IMG/VR virus record: IMGVR_UViG_3300017963_000082
DNA length: 49,172 bases
Direction: 5' to 3' (one strand)
Source of the DNA: a virus
Shown: in pieces, positions 31,609 through 38,928 of the stretch
How the letters are laid out: each line of letters begins with the position of its first letter
Position numbering within the stretch: the first letter of the stretch is position 1
Translations under genes and position numbers: made by a program
Notes under the pieces: generated by a model
The model's database searches: none
What the model was told of the DNA's origin: nothing
The model's input: the letters and a program-made list of their open reading frames with translations, nothing else

Positions 31609-31962
31609 TCATTTCTGCGTCCTTGGGATCTTGATCTCCCATAGCTGTGCATCAACAATCGATCCGCGCCCAATGACCACAGGTCCGTCTACAGGTTCGC
31701 ACTCGTCTGGACCGTTGCTGAAAAAGTCCGAGAAACGCCCGGTATCAGCGATCCACGTCGCGTCCTCAAGCACCAATTCCTGGTTGCTGACGGACACAAG
31801 CCGACCGATCCAGTAGTTCGTCACGGTTCGGATGTGATATGCCTGTCCGAGTTTCCAAGGGCCCGGATCGCTGGTGACGTTCCCTGCTAACAATGCGGCA
31901 AGTTCTGCCAAGTTCGCGTCTGGAAAACGCTCTGCCAACACTACCAACTCGTTACAGTCCAT
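31609..31962 (-). CDS. Hypothetical protein (117 aa).
   Basis: Start set at the ATG 31960..31962 with the SD AAAGGAGAAAATGAG. The sequence begins MDCNELVVLAERFPDANLAEL.... The longer track ORF (to 32217) overlaps the upstream gene. Confidence 0.58.
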   Translation of the reverse strand: MDCNELVVLAERFPDANLAELAALLAGNVTSDPGPWKLGQAYHIRTVTNYWIGRLVSVSNQELVLEDATWIADTGRFSDFFSNGPDECEPVDGPVVIGRGSIVDAQLWEIKIPRTQK

Positions 31963-31980
31963 CTCATTTTCTCCTTTAGT

Positions 31981-32023
31981 GCCCGCCCTACACCGTTGCT
32001 CCCCAGCGTAAGTGAGGGCGGGC
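31981..32023. other. 9-bp perfect inverted repeat in an intergenic gap.
   Basis: gcccgccct (31981..31989) pairs with agggcgggc (32015..32023), with a 25-nt loop. No U-tract follows. Confidence 0.5.
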
Positions 32024-32030
32024 GTTAGCC

Positions 32031-32240
32031 TCAGTCCCCGGTGGGATGAGGTTGAACCACTCTCTTGATGCGTTCCTTGTACCCAGGCCCAATGTGCCAG
32101 ATCCAGTCGTCCGCGTCCTGCCACTCGTGGATCTGCGTAGCGAAACTCTGACTGACGAGCCGGACGTGCTTGAGCGGCTTGACCGGCTTGCGGTCGGTTG
32201 GCTGGACGGCGTACCATTCGATGTAGGTTTGTTCAGGCAT
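32031..32240 (-). CDS. Hypothetical protein.
   Basis: A 69-aa ORF with the SD GGAGGCATACG before its ATG. Confidence 0.58.
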   Translation of the reverse strand: MPEQTYIEWYAVQPTDRKPVKPLKHVRLVSQSFATQIHEWQDADDWIWHIGPGYKERIKRVVQPHPTGD

Positions 32241-32378
32241 CGTATGCCTCCAAGTTACCTGTCACAATTTGTAGACGACGCCGGTTCCCCTTTATCCGGC
32301 CTTCTCCCGGCTACAGGCTTGTCTTGGTTCACGACAGCTACCAGATAGCTAGCTCGGGTTCCCATCCCCTATCGTCTT

Positions 32379-32612
32379 TTAGATATTCCAGATTTCGTTT
32401 GACTGAATCATCCGGTGGACCCAAAGCCCGCGATCTTGGCGGCTTTTGTATTCGGTCCAGATTTTGCCGATGATTTCTTGGGCCAACTCGGAGCATCGCA
32501 TAAAAACGTCGTTGGTTCTGTTTGGCTCTTGTTCAAGCATTGCGTCCCTGATCTTGACGTGCAGTTTGTTGTACATTCTGCGGTCTCTCTTGCTCAAGTC
32601 TGTCCGGTTCAT
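32379..32612 (-). CDS. Hypothetical protein (77 aa).
   Basis: Start set at the ATG 32610..32612 with the SD AGGAGACGAGAG. The sequence begins MNRTDLSKRDRRMYNKLHVKIRD.... Confidence 0.52.
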   Translation of the reverse strand: MNRTDLSKRDRRMYNKLHVKIRDAMLEQEPNRTNDVFMRCSELAQEIIGKIWTEYKSRQDRGLWVHRMIQSNEIWNI

Positions 32613-32653
32613 CTCTCGTCTCCTGTCTGTGTGCGCATCCCTTAACTGTCTAT

Positions 32654-32695
32654 AGTATACCAGAATACACGACAATAGGGAATACACAATTGTGT
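32654..32695 (-). promoter_or_regulatory. Extended -10 promoter candidate with operator-like repeats.
   Basis: The minus strand reads TGG-TATACT (32662..32654). The direct repeat gaatacac occurs at 32663 and 32680, and the 12-bp palindrome acacaattgtgt lies at 32684..32695. The -35 (TTCCCT) is weak. Confidence 0.4.
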
Positions 32696-32737
32696 GGGAA
32701 ACGCACACAGACACGTCCGGAAAGCTCGTTTCCTTGC

Positions 32738-32884
32738 CTATTTGTCTGTGGGCTTCTCGGACTCGTACAACTTGGCGACGGCGACGGCCACGGCGGTCGT
32801 CACGGTTCCGTACCGCTTGGCCAGGTAGGCGAGTTGTTCCCGCGTGGCGTCGCTTGCGCGGATTGCGATCTGTTTCTTGCTCAT
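32738..32884 (-). CDS. Small ribbon-helix-helix-like protein (48 aa).
   Basis: It is not in the ORF track, and the SD AAAGGAGAGTGAGAG lies upstream. The sequence MSKKQIAIRASDATREQLAYLAKRYGTVTTAVAVAVAKLYESEKPTDK is paralogous to 35018..35218. Confidence 0.52.
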   Translation of the reverse strand: MSKKQIAIRASDATREQLAYLAKRYGTVTTAVAVAVAKLYESEKPTDK

Positions 32885-32910
32885 CTCTCACTCTCCTTTG
32901 GTACCATAGG

Positions 32911-33267
32911 TCACCCGCCGCTGTCAAGGAACGGGGCGAGGGCTAGGGCAATGTTACAGTTATCGAGGTGTGGATGGCCCTTTTCCTCTCCGCACACATA
33001 GCAGTACTCATAGCCGCGTTCATTCTCGACCCACTCAAGATCGCGTAATGTTTCCACCAGCGCCCGGACCTCGGGGAGCAGGGCGGCGAGGATCAAGAGC
33101 TCGTCATCTGTCACGACAACGGTTGTGCTGTGCGCGTTTGGGCGCAACTCGCCTTGATCCTGAAAGCCGGATCGCAAGCCGCAATAGCCGTTTGCGTCGA
33201 AGTGGTACAGGAGCACATCTTCGGCATCTAAGTTCCCTAGTGATAGACGTCTCCAGTCTACTTTCAT
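32911..33267 (-). CDS. Hypothetical protein, paralogue pair member 2.
   Basis: A 118-aa ORF with ...LLPEVRALVETL... and a CxxC...H.H..C tail. Its start is in an ATGA overlap with the upstream stop. Confidence 0.55.
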   Translation of the reverse strand: MKVDWRRLSLGNLDAEDVLLYHFDANGYCGLRSGFQDQGELRPNAHSTTVVVTDDELLILAALLPEVRALVETLRDLEWVENERGYEYCYVCGEEKGHPHLDNCNIALALAPFLDSGG

Positions 33268-33572
33268 CTCTCCACCTCCTGAAACTGTGCAATTGCGATC
33301 CGCGCCCTCTCGCCGCAGTCATCGCGGGCCTTTGATGTCACATCGGCCAGTTCGCCGTTGCGGTATTGGTAGTTCTGGACATAGTGCCCGCTAGTCGCAT
33401 ACCATTGCAATGCCTCCACCAGCGCCCGGACCTCGGGGAGCTGGGCGGCGGCATCAAACGCCGCCTTATGCTTCTCGCGCACAACGTCCTTGGCTACAAA
33501 GTCGCCGCCATTGATGCTGATGTCCCCTTCGAGGTATGCACCGCCCCCAGTATCAATCACTCTACTCATCAT
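33264..33572 (-). CDS. Hypothetical protein, paralogue pair member 1.
   Basis: Start set at the ATG ATG 33567..33572 with the SD GGAGGTGG. Contains ...AQLPEVRALVEAL.... Confidence 0.55.
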   Translation of the reverse strand: MMSRVIDTGGGAYLEGDISINGGDFVAKDVVREKHKAAFDAAAQLPEVRALVEALQWYATSGHYVQNYQYRNGELADVTSKARDDCGERARIAIAQFQEVER

Positions 33573-33726
33573 CCACCTCCACTTGTTCCCACTGTTCGAC
33601 ATCTGGCGCGTCCCCGTACCGTCCATCCCATCCCCACTCGCTCCGGTCCATATCGTAGTCGTTGCACGCCAGCGTCAACAGGGCCAGGAGGGCGAGGGAT
33701 GCAAGTATGATGCGGCGGCGGGTCAT
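33562..33726 (-). CDS. Small secreted protein or possible lipoprotein (54 aa).
   Basis: It is not in the ORF track. The ATG at 33724..33726 overlaps the upstream TGA (ATGA). The sequence is MTRRRIILASLALLALLTLAC-NDYDMDRSEWGW..., and the lipobox is imperfect. Confidence 0.42.
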   Translation of the reverse strand: MTRRRIILASLALLALLTLACNDYDMDRSEWGWDGRYGDAPDVEQWEQVEVDDE

Positions 33727-34778
33727 TCTGGCACCGCCTCGTCCTCGGACTGATCAGCGATCCAGGCGTCGATCTGTGCCTTTGCATCGCCCATCGTCCC
33801 AGCGAAGTCGTGGATACTCTCGACCTCAAGAGCCTCATACACCTGCTCAGTCGTCAGCCCCCGGCTGTTTTCGCCGTCGCCGGTGGCCCAGGCCCAAAAG
33901 CGTTTACGGATCGGGCCGCTCGTGGTCACCTTGTCGATCCAGTGCTCCCCATTGCTCGGGACATTGTCGTCCTCGTTGTCCCCATCACCGCTGGGGGCAG
34001 TTGTTCGCGTCTCGAATGTGCCCTCTACTACACCGAGATCCAGATCCTCCAGGTCCTGTGTGAAGAACTCGGAGGCGTTGACAGTGATCAGGGTAGCGGC
34101 CACCATCGCGCGCTTCTGTGCCATCTTGAGGACCGTGTTGGCTTGGCTTGCAACGTCGTCATTGGGCACGCGGTACACGGTGGCGTTGATCTCCCAGGCG
34201 TCATATTGGGCACCTTTGGAGGTCTGCTTTTTGATCTTTTGCGCCGTGCCTGCTGTAATGGCGTCCTGGAACCGCTGCCAATATTCAGCGGGCTTGCCAT
34301 ACTTGCCCGTGGTCTCGGCCTTGTCCACCGCAAAGGTGAACTCAGAAACCTTGCCGCCTCGCGTCTTGAGTAGGTCTTTGTTCGTGCCAGGAGGCAGGTC
34401 GTCCTCATAGACCCAGCGCCAGCGGTATTTGCTTTCGTGACTGTTGCATGAGCCGTCCCCCTCGCCTACTAGCTGTGATCCTCGGTACAGTTCGCACTTG
34501 ATCCAGTAGTAGAAGAACGGCTCAGATCCATCATCACCCCAGTTCTCTTGTTCTTTGACTGTCACGAATCGAGGCGAAAGGCCGAAGAACGTGGTCAGCT
34601 TTTCGGCACCCGGCTTGAGAAGTGTGTCCTTGTGCGTGCCGGGAATGGTGTCGTAGTCAGTCCCGCGCTCCATAATCTGTTGGACAAAGCTGACCATCTG
34701 CCTCCGGCGTGCTACTGCCTGCTGAATGTCCATCACGGGCATAATTGCGTGTTGCTGGTACTGCGTGATCTCGCTCAT
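33723..34778 (-). CDS. Putative ssDNA-binding/annealing (recombination) protein. The family is not resolved.
   Basis: A 351-aa ORF with ...DTLLKPGAEKLTTFFGL... and an acidic C-terminal tail ...ADQSEDEAVPE. It lies in the early block. The coding call is solid and the function weak. Confidence 0.4.
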   Translation of the reverse strand: MSEITQYQQHAIMPVMDIQQAVARRRQMVSFVQQIMERGTDYDTIPGTHKDTLLKPGAEKLTTFFGLSPRFVTVKEQENWGDDGSEPFFYYWIKCELYRGSQLVGEGDGSCNSHESKYRWRWVYEDDLPPGTNKDLLKTRGGKVSEFTFAVDKAETTGKYGKPAEYWQRFQDAITAGTAQKIKKQTSKGAQYDAWEINATVYRVPNDDVASQANTVLKMAQKRAMVAATLITVNASEFFTQDLEDLDLGVVEGTFETRTTAPSGDGDNEDDNVPSNGEHWIDKVTTSGPIRKRFWAWATGDGENSRGLTTEQVYEALEVESIHDFAGTMGDAKAQIDAWIADQSEDEAVPE

Positions 34779-34799
34779 TCCTATTCTCCCTTTCTTGGG

Positions 34800-35021
34800 C
34801 TATATCAGCGCGTCGAGCTGCGTGTCCCGCTCGTCGCGTGCGTCCGAATCTTGAGCGGGTACGGCGTGCAGCCGCTGCAGGTGCCACACTTTGCACCCGT
34901 ACTCGTAACCAGAGGCGTCCCGTACAATCGCTCCGTGTCCGTAGATGCTCCAAAAGGTCTTGACAAGTACAACCTTCTTGCGCTTGTTTGCGTCCCAGTG
35001 GGTTGGGGCAAAGTCGGTCAT
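34800..35021 (-). CDS. Hypothetical protein.
   Basis: A 73-aa ORF whose start overlaps the upstream stop (ATGA). Confidence 0.5.
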   Translation of the reverse strand: MTDFAPTHWDANKRKKVVLVKTFWSIYGHGAIVRDASGYEYGCKVWHLQRLHAVPAQDSDARDERDTQLDALI

Positions 35022-35218
35022 TTGGCCTCCTCCCCGATCGTCGCCGTCTCGTACTTGCCCGGCGCGTCAACGAGGTGGCGGGCTTGTCGCTGTTCCCGGT
35101 ACATCCGGTCAATGGCGACGGTGACAACCTCGGTGATGGTGCTGCCGTGTTCCGTCAGCGCGTCCAATTGTGCCAACGTCCGTTCTGATAGTCTGATGTT
35201 CGTCTGCTTTTTGGGCAT
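35018..35218 (-). CDS. Ribbon-helix-helix-like protein (66 aa).
   Basis: Start set at the ATG 35216..35218 with the SD GGAGG. The sequence begins MPKKQTNIRLSERTLAQLDALTEHGSTITEVVTVAIDRMY.... Confidence 0.52.
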   Translation of the reverse strand: MPKKQTNIRLSERTLAQLDALTEHGSTITEVVTVAIDRMYREQRQARHLVDAPGKYETATIGEEAK

Positions 35219-35427
35219 TAGTCCTCCAATCTGCGGAATGCTTGATATGGTGCGCCTACCTTGACAGGCTTGCCGGTTGTGTCGATAAATTCCGCAATCA
35301 AGAAATTTGGACCCGTGCAAATGTGCGTTATTAGCTCTGTGATCCTGCCTACTACACGCTGTCCTAGCAAAGTAAATTCTACCTTGCGTCCTAGCCAATT
35401 GTCTGCGAGTTTATCAGGGTCAATCAT
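35218..35427 (-). CDS. Hypothetical protein.
   Basis: A 69-aa ORF with a TAATG junction to the RHH gene. Confidence 0.52.
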   Translation of the reverse strand: MIDPDKLADNWLGRKVEFTLLGQRVVGRITELITHICTGPNFLIAEFIDTTGKPVKVGAPYQAFRRLED

Positions 35428-35475
35428 CTCAGTCTCCTGCGCCGGGATTGTGGCTCCCGGCGGGCCTGCTCCTGT

Positions 35476-35670
35476 CTAGTCTACTACCGTCATAAACTGA
35501 CCGACGATCATCTCGAGCTTTCCGGTTCTCTGTGCTTTCCGGGCGTCCGCAACTGTCAGGTGGTGCCACTGACGGTCCCAGCAATTCGCGTGCTCAAAGT
35601 ATGTCCTATATGCTGCCTTGTTGCGTCCGGTCCTCTTGCTCTTGTAGATTCTCACCTGGGCTTTCTGCAT
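35476..35670 (-). CDS. Hypothetical basic protein, the first gene of the minus-strand early operon.
   Basis: Start set at the ATG 35668..35670 (SD AGGAGAG). The longer track ORF would begin upstream of the predicted transcription start. Confidence 0.48.
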   Translation of the reverse strand: MQKAQVRIYKSKRTGRNKAAYRTYFEHANCWDRQWHHLTVADARKAQRTGKLEMIVGQFMTVVD

Positions 35671-35706
35671 CTCGTCTCTCCTGTCTGTCTGGGCGTTTGT
35701 CTGAAC

Positions 35707-35742
35707 TAGCAATAGTATAGCACATTGCTATGAGTTTGTCAA
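35707..35742 (-). promoter_or_regulatory. Leftward early promoter with an overlapping operator-like palindrome.
   Basis: The minus strand reads TTGACA (35742..35737), a 17-nt spacer, then TGC-TATACT (35719..35714). The inverted repeat tagcaat/attgcta (35707..35713 / 35724..35730) brackets the -10. Confidence 0.68.
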
Positions 35743-35794
35743 GCCCAAACGTGACGAGTTTTACGCCTGGAATGTTAAAAATGTTCGGGAATCC

Positions 35795-35823
35795 TTGACC
35801 GTCTATAGAAGATATGGTATTAT
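35795..35823 (+). promoter_or_regulatory. Rightward promoter of the plus-strand operon.
   Basis: TTGACC (35795..35800), a 17-nt spacer, then TGG-TATTAT (35818..35823). The SD GGGAGGGA and the ATG at 35848 follow. Confidence 0.68.
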
Positions 35824-35847
35824 ATAGCCAAACAGACGGGAGGGATC

Positions 35848-36144
35848 ATGGTAGAAGGACAGCAACTAGTTACCGTTTGGGTGACACCTGAAATGCACCG
35901 AGAATTCAAGACCAAGTGCTTCCAGAATGGGCGCACCATTAGTGGCGTGCTTCGTGATGGGATCGAGGCGTACCTGGACGGTAAGAGTGCCGCCGGGCTG
36001 GCCGCAATAGGCGCGGATCTGATCGAGGGACTTGACGACTGGATGAACTTTACACAGCAGGCGTGCCCGTTCTGCAACACGCATTTCAGCCACGCGGACG
36101 ACTGCGTGATCGGGAGACTGAGGACAGCAATAGATGGGAAGTGA
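35848..36144 (+). CDS. CopG/Arc-type ribbon-helix-helix DNA-binding protein.
   Basis: The N-terminus is LVTVWVTPEMHREFKTKCFQNGRTISGVLRDGIEAYL. It is the first gene after the divergent promoter region, and the C-terminus has C..C...H..DC. Confidence 0.6.
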   Translation: MVEGQQLVTVWVTPEMHREFKTKCFQNGRTISGVLRDGIEAYLDGKSAAGLAAIGADLIEGLDDWMNFTQQACPFCNTHFSHADDCVIGRLRTAIDGK

Positions 36145-36691
36145 AATGCAATACATAGCAGCCAAGGGATCACGTCTGAATGATGACCAGGCTCAACTAT
36201 TCGGTGAACGGATCGAAGTATTACAGGAGGAGTTCAACGGCGAGGTAACGCCCGATGTCGTGTTGGGCGATGCGCAGCACGAGGATTCCCCACTCAATAG
36301 CTTCTTCGAGTGGGATGATACGCAAGCGGCGATCCAGTACCGGCGAACACAGGCGCGGTATCTGTTGCGCTCAATCCACGTGGTTGTCAAGGTAAATGAT
36401 CAAGAGACGACTACCCGCGCATTTCATCGCGTGACGATCCACGATACAGAACCAGCAGACAACGGGCACGAGGTAGACGAACCAGAACCCCGTCAGGTGT
36501 ATGTCTCTGTCCAGCAAGTGTTCACGGACGCGGAATTGCGACGCCAGGCGATCGCGGAGGCATTGCGCCAACTGACCTCATGGCGGGAACGCTACCAGCA
36601 GTATCAGGAATTGGCGCACGTGTTCAAGTTCATCGACACGATACAGGATACACTCGATCTGGCTCCAGAAGTGGAGGCAGTTGCAGAGTAG
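36134..36691 (+). CDS. Conserved-looking hypothetical protein.
   Basis: A 185-aa ORF with ...SPLNSFFEWDDTQAAIQYRRTQARYLLRSIHVV.... The family is not recognised. Confidence 0.6.
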   Translation: MGSEMQYIAAKGSRLNDDQAQLFGERIEVLQEEFNGEVTPDVVLGDAQHEDSPLNSFFEWDDTQAAIQYRRTQARYLLRSIHVVVKVNDQETTTRAFHRVTIHDTEPADNGHEVDEPEPRQVYVSVQQVFTDAELRRQAIAEALRQLTSWRERYQQYQELAHVFKFIDTIQDTLDLAPEVEAVAE

Positions 36692-36962
36692 GACAAGGCT
36701 GGCCCCGGCAACGCAAGGCGAGTCATGGCGGAGCGTGGCAGAGCGAGGTTGGGCATGGCACGGCATGGTTTGGTAAGGAAGCTTCCATAGGACGTGGCAC
36801 CGCACGGCACGGTCAGGCAGGGTTAGTCCTGGCAATCCCTGGCGAGTCAAGGCAAGGATCGGAATTATTTGGACAAGGCGGGGCAACGCAAGGCACCCCC
36901 GGGCGCATCATGGCTTGGTTAGGCGGGGCAAGGCAGAGGATTCACACAAAGGAGAAAAGGAC
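36691..36962 (+). repeat. GGCA-rich phased repeat array in a 271-bp intergenic gap.
   Basis: There are 14 GGCA on the plus strand, with spacings that are almost all multiples of 5 nt. The direct repeats ggacaaggc...ggcaacgcaaggc occur at 36691 and 36871, and ggcgagtca[t/a]ggc at 36717 and 36841. Confidence 0.7.
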
Positions 36963-37568
36963 ATGACAGATCAACAGGTAAGCATTCCGGGCGTCAAGAT
37001 CGATCGATTCCAGATGACTATTGAGGGAGACACACCGCTGCTGTGCCACAAGTTCTCGGAGCGGTCCAAGCAGGCAATGCTTGACAAGCAGATGGGCCAG
37101 CCGCGCGGGCCGAAAGCGCCCAAAGATCCGCAACAAGACTACGAGGAATGCTTGTATGTGGGGGAGGATGGCTGGTACGGATTCCCCGCCGACGGCATCA
37201 AGAAAGCGTGTGTCGATACAGCCAAGCGATTCGTTGACGACCTGCACGGCACTGAGGCGCGAGGGGCGTTTTTCATCATTGCACAGGGCATTGACCGCTC
37301 GTCCGGGCAACCGCTCGTGATGCTCCAGGGTGAGCCGGAAATGCACGAGTCAATGGTGAGAATTGCACGCGGTACAAGTGACATCCGATACCGGGCAATG
37401 TTCCGCAAATGGTCCATCACTTTCGAGGTGCGTTACAATCCCAACGTGATCACACAAGCCGGGATCGTCAACCTGCTAGAGGCTGCCGGGTTCCACATTG
37501 GCATCGGCGACTGGCGGCCAGACAAAGACGGCACGTTCGGGATGTTCCACGTAGCACGGGGGAATTGA
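36963..37568 (+). CDS. Hypothetical protein (201 aa).
   Basis: The SD AAGGAGAAAAGGAC precedes the ATG at 36963. Contains ...GWYGFPADGIKKACVDTAKRF... and ...LLEAAGFHIGIGDWRPDKDGTFGMFHV. The family is not recognised. Confidence 0.6.
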   Translation: MTDQQVSIPGVKIDRFQMTIEGDTPLLCHKFSERSKQAMLDKQMGQPRGPKAPKDPQQDYEECLYVGEDGWYGFPADGIKKACVDTAKRFVDDLHGTEARGAFFIIAQGIDRSSGQPLVMLQGEPEMHESMVRIARGTSDIRYRAMFRKWSITFEVRYNPNVITQAGIVNLLEAAGFHIGIGDWRPDKDGTFGMFHVARGN

Positions 37569-37945
37569 TGAACCCAGTGACCACCCGCCTAGTTCTCACC
37601 GTCCTCTATGGCGTGGTGACGATGTACGCGCACGCCGATCACGCCGGGAACCCGTTGCGCTGTGGGGGCATCTACGACACCAGCCACGAGTGGGTAGCCG
37701 TCGACATTGACCACACCGACTGGCGATGCGGCGACCTCGCAACGATATGCGCCGCCGGGGTGTGCAAGACGCTGCCGGTACGCGACTCTGGCCCGCTGAG
37801 TAGGTACTGTGTGGAGGACGGCGACGTGTGCAGGCCGATCCTTGTGGACGTACCCGAGCACGTGGCGTGGTTTCCGGGGCTGTCGGCAAGGGCGGTCGTG
37901 GTGAATCGGTCACTGGCTGAACAGAGATTGGAGAGGGAGAGATGA
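37568..37945 (+). CDS. RlpA-like double-psi beta-barrel (DPBB) protein with an N-terminal signal/anchor.
   Basis: There is a TGATG junction with the upstream gene. The sequence is MNPVTTRLVLTVLYGVVTMYAHA... then GGIYDTSHEWVAVDID...LPVRDSGPL...ILVDVPEHVAWF. Confidence 0.5.
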   Translation: MNPVTTRLVLTVLYGVVTMYAHADHAGNPLRCGGIYDTSHEWVAVDIDHTDWRCGDLATICAAGVCKTLPVRDSGPLSRYCVEDGDVCRPILVDVPEHVAWFPGLSARAVVVNRSLAEQRLERER

Positions 37946-38244
37946 GCGAAGATAGCGTTATGGATGCCATTGAACAAGCGCCGTGGGCAATGGGAACGTG
38001 TGATGAGCCGGAACAGTGGATAGATGAACGTCTGCCGTGTCCACCTATCGAAACCAGTACCGTAAGCCTTGTGCGGAAAGAAGCCTACGACAAACTCCGC
38101 GCCCGCGTCGAGGCGCTGGAGGAGGCGTTGGAGCATTACGCCAACGTTCACCATTGGATCTTAGACAAGGATAGATGGGTATACTTGCCATTCGGACGTC
38201 CTGAACAAGTCGCCCGTGATGCGCTCAAGGAGGCAGGGGGATGA
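37942..38244 (+). CDS. Hypothetical acidic protein.
   Basis: A 100-aa ORF with ATGA-type overlaps on both sides. Confidence 0.52.
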   Translation: MSEDSVMDAIEQAPWAMGTCDEPEQWIDERLPCPPIETSTVSLVRKEAYDKLRARVEALEEALEHYANVHHWILDKDRWVYLPFGRPEQVARDALKEAGG

Positions 38245-38927
38245 GTGCTGCCGCCTGGGTTGATCGCAAAGTAGGAGAACTGGAGGCCATTGCGCTTGCC
38301 GTCGTGGGGCGTGTTGCCTCGTGGGTAGCTCCGATCCCCGTGGCCGTGATGACAGCACGGGCGATCGCATTGATCTTTGACCTACCCGATCTGTGGGGAG
38401 GCATCACCGCCGCCGCGTTGGAATTGGTGGGAATGACTACGACCGCGCTCTGGTTGGACCTGAAAGAGTACAACCGCACAAAACGCAAGAGTGATCCAGA
38501 GGCGGGCGCAGGGCTTGCGCTGGGGATGATGGTCGCATACTTTGTGGTGGACTTGTCCATTATCGGCGTGATCACCGTCAAGGAAATACAGGACACCGGG
38601 AACTGGTCACGCCTGATCGCCGTCCTGTTCCCGGTGATGTCTGCCGTCGGCGTGATCGTCCTTAACCAGCGAGTACGGCACTACCACAGGCTCGCACAGA
38701 TCGACGTAGGCAAAGCGGAGCGCCGTAGCAAGCGATCGCATCCGTCGCAACCCACCGCACAACCTGCGGATGTCATTGTAGAGGTGCCCGTACCCGCCGC
38801 ATACCAGTGCGAACTGTGCGACGCAACATTCGATGACCCGCACAAGATCGGGCCGCATATGCGGTGGAAGCATCCGAACGGCAACGGCGTCAAGCCGCAC
38901 CGGGAGCGGGCAGAAGCGGAGGTGTAG
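38241..38927 (+). CDS. Polytopic membrane protein with a C-terminal classical C2H2 zinc finger.
   Basis: There are about four hydrophobic helices, followed by YQCELCDATFDDPHKIGPHMRWKH, which fits Y-x-C-x2-C-x3-F-x5-I-x2-H-x4-H. Confidence 0.62.
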   Translation: MSAAAWVDRKVGELEAIALAVVGRVASWVAPIPVAVMTARAIALIFDLPDLWGGITAAALELVGMTTTALWLDLKEYNRTKRKSDPEAGAGLALGMMVAYFVVDLSIIGVITVKEIQDTGNWSRLIAVLFPVMSAVGVIVLNQRVRHYHRLAQIDVGKAERRSKRSHPSQPTAQPADVIVEVPVPAAYQCELCDATFDDPHKIGPHMRWKHPNGNGVKPHRERAEAEV

Positions 38928-38928
38928 G

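Noticed and set aside
31364-31816. ORFs reading through the hexamer array: the PRPRPR protein 31364..31816 (+), the DRDP protein 31404..31634 (+), the VAVG protein 31413..31673 (-) and the SRSG protein 31433..31642 (-).
   Set aside because: Openness in several frames follows automatically from a stop-free repeat whose unit length is a multiple of 3. None has an SD, and all overlap the 3' end of gene 31609..31962 or run against the local transcription direction. They are kept as a possibility only within the repeat finding.
36578-36886. Minus-strand ORFs (36578..36886 and 36604..36810) and the plus-strand ORF 36580..36966 across the GGCA array.
   Set aside because: They overlap the well-supported gene 36134..36691 or run antisense to the operon. 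They have no SD, and their composition is dictated by the repeat.
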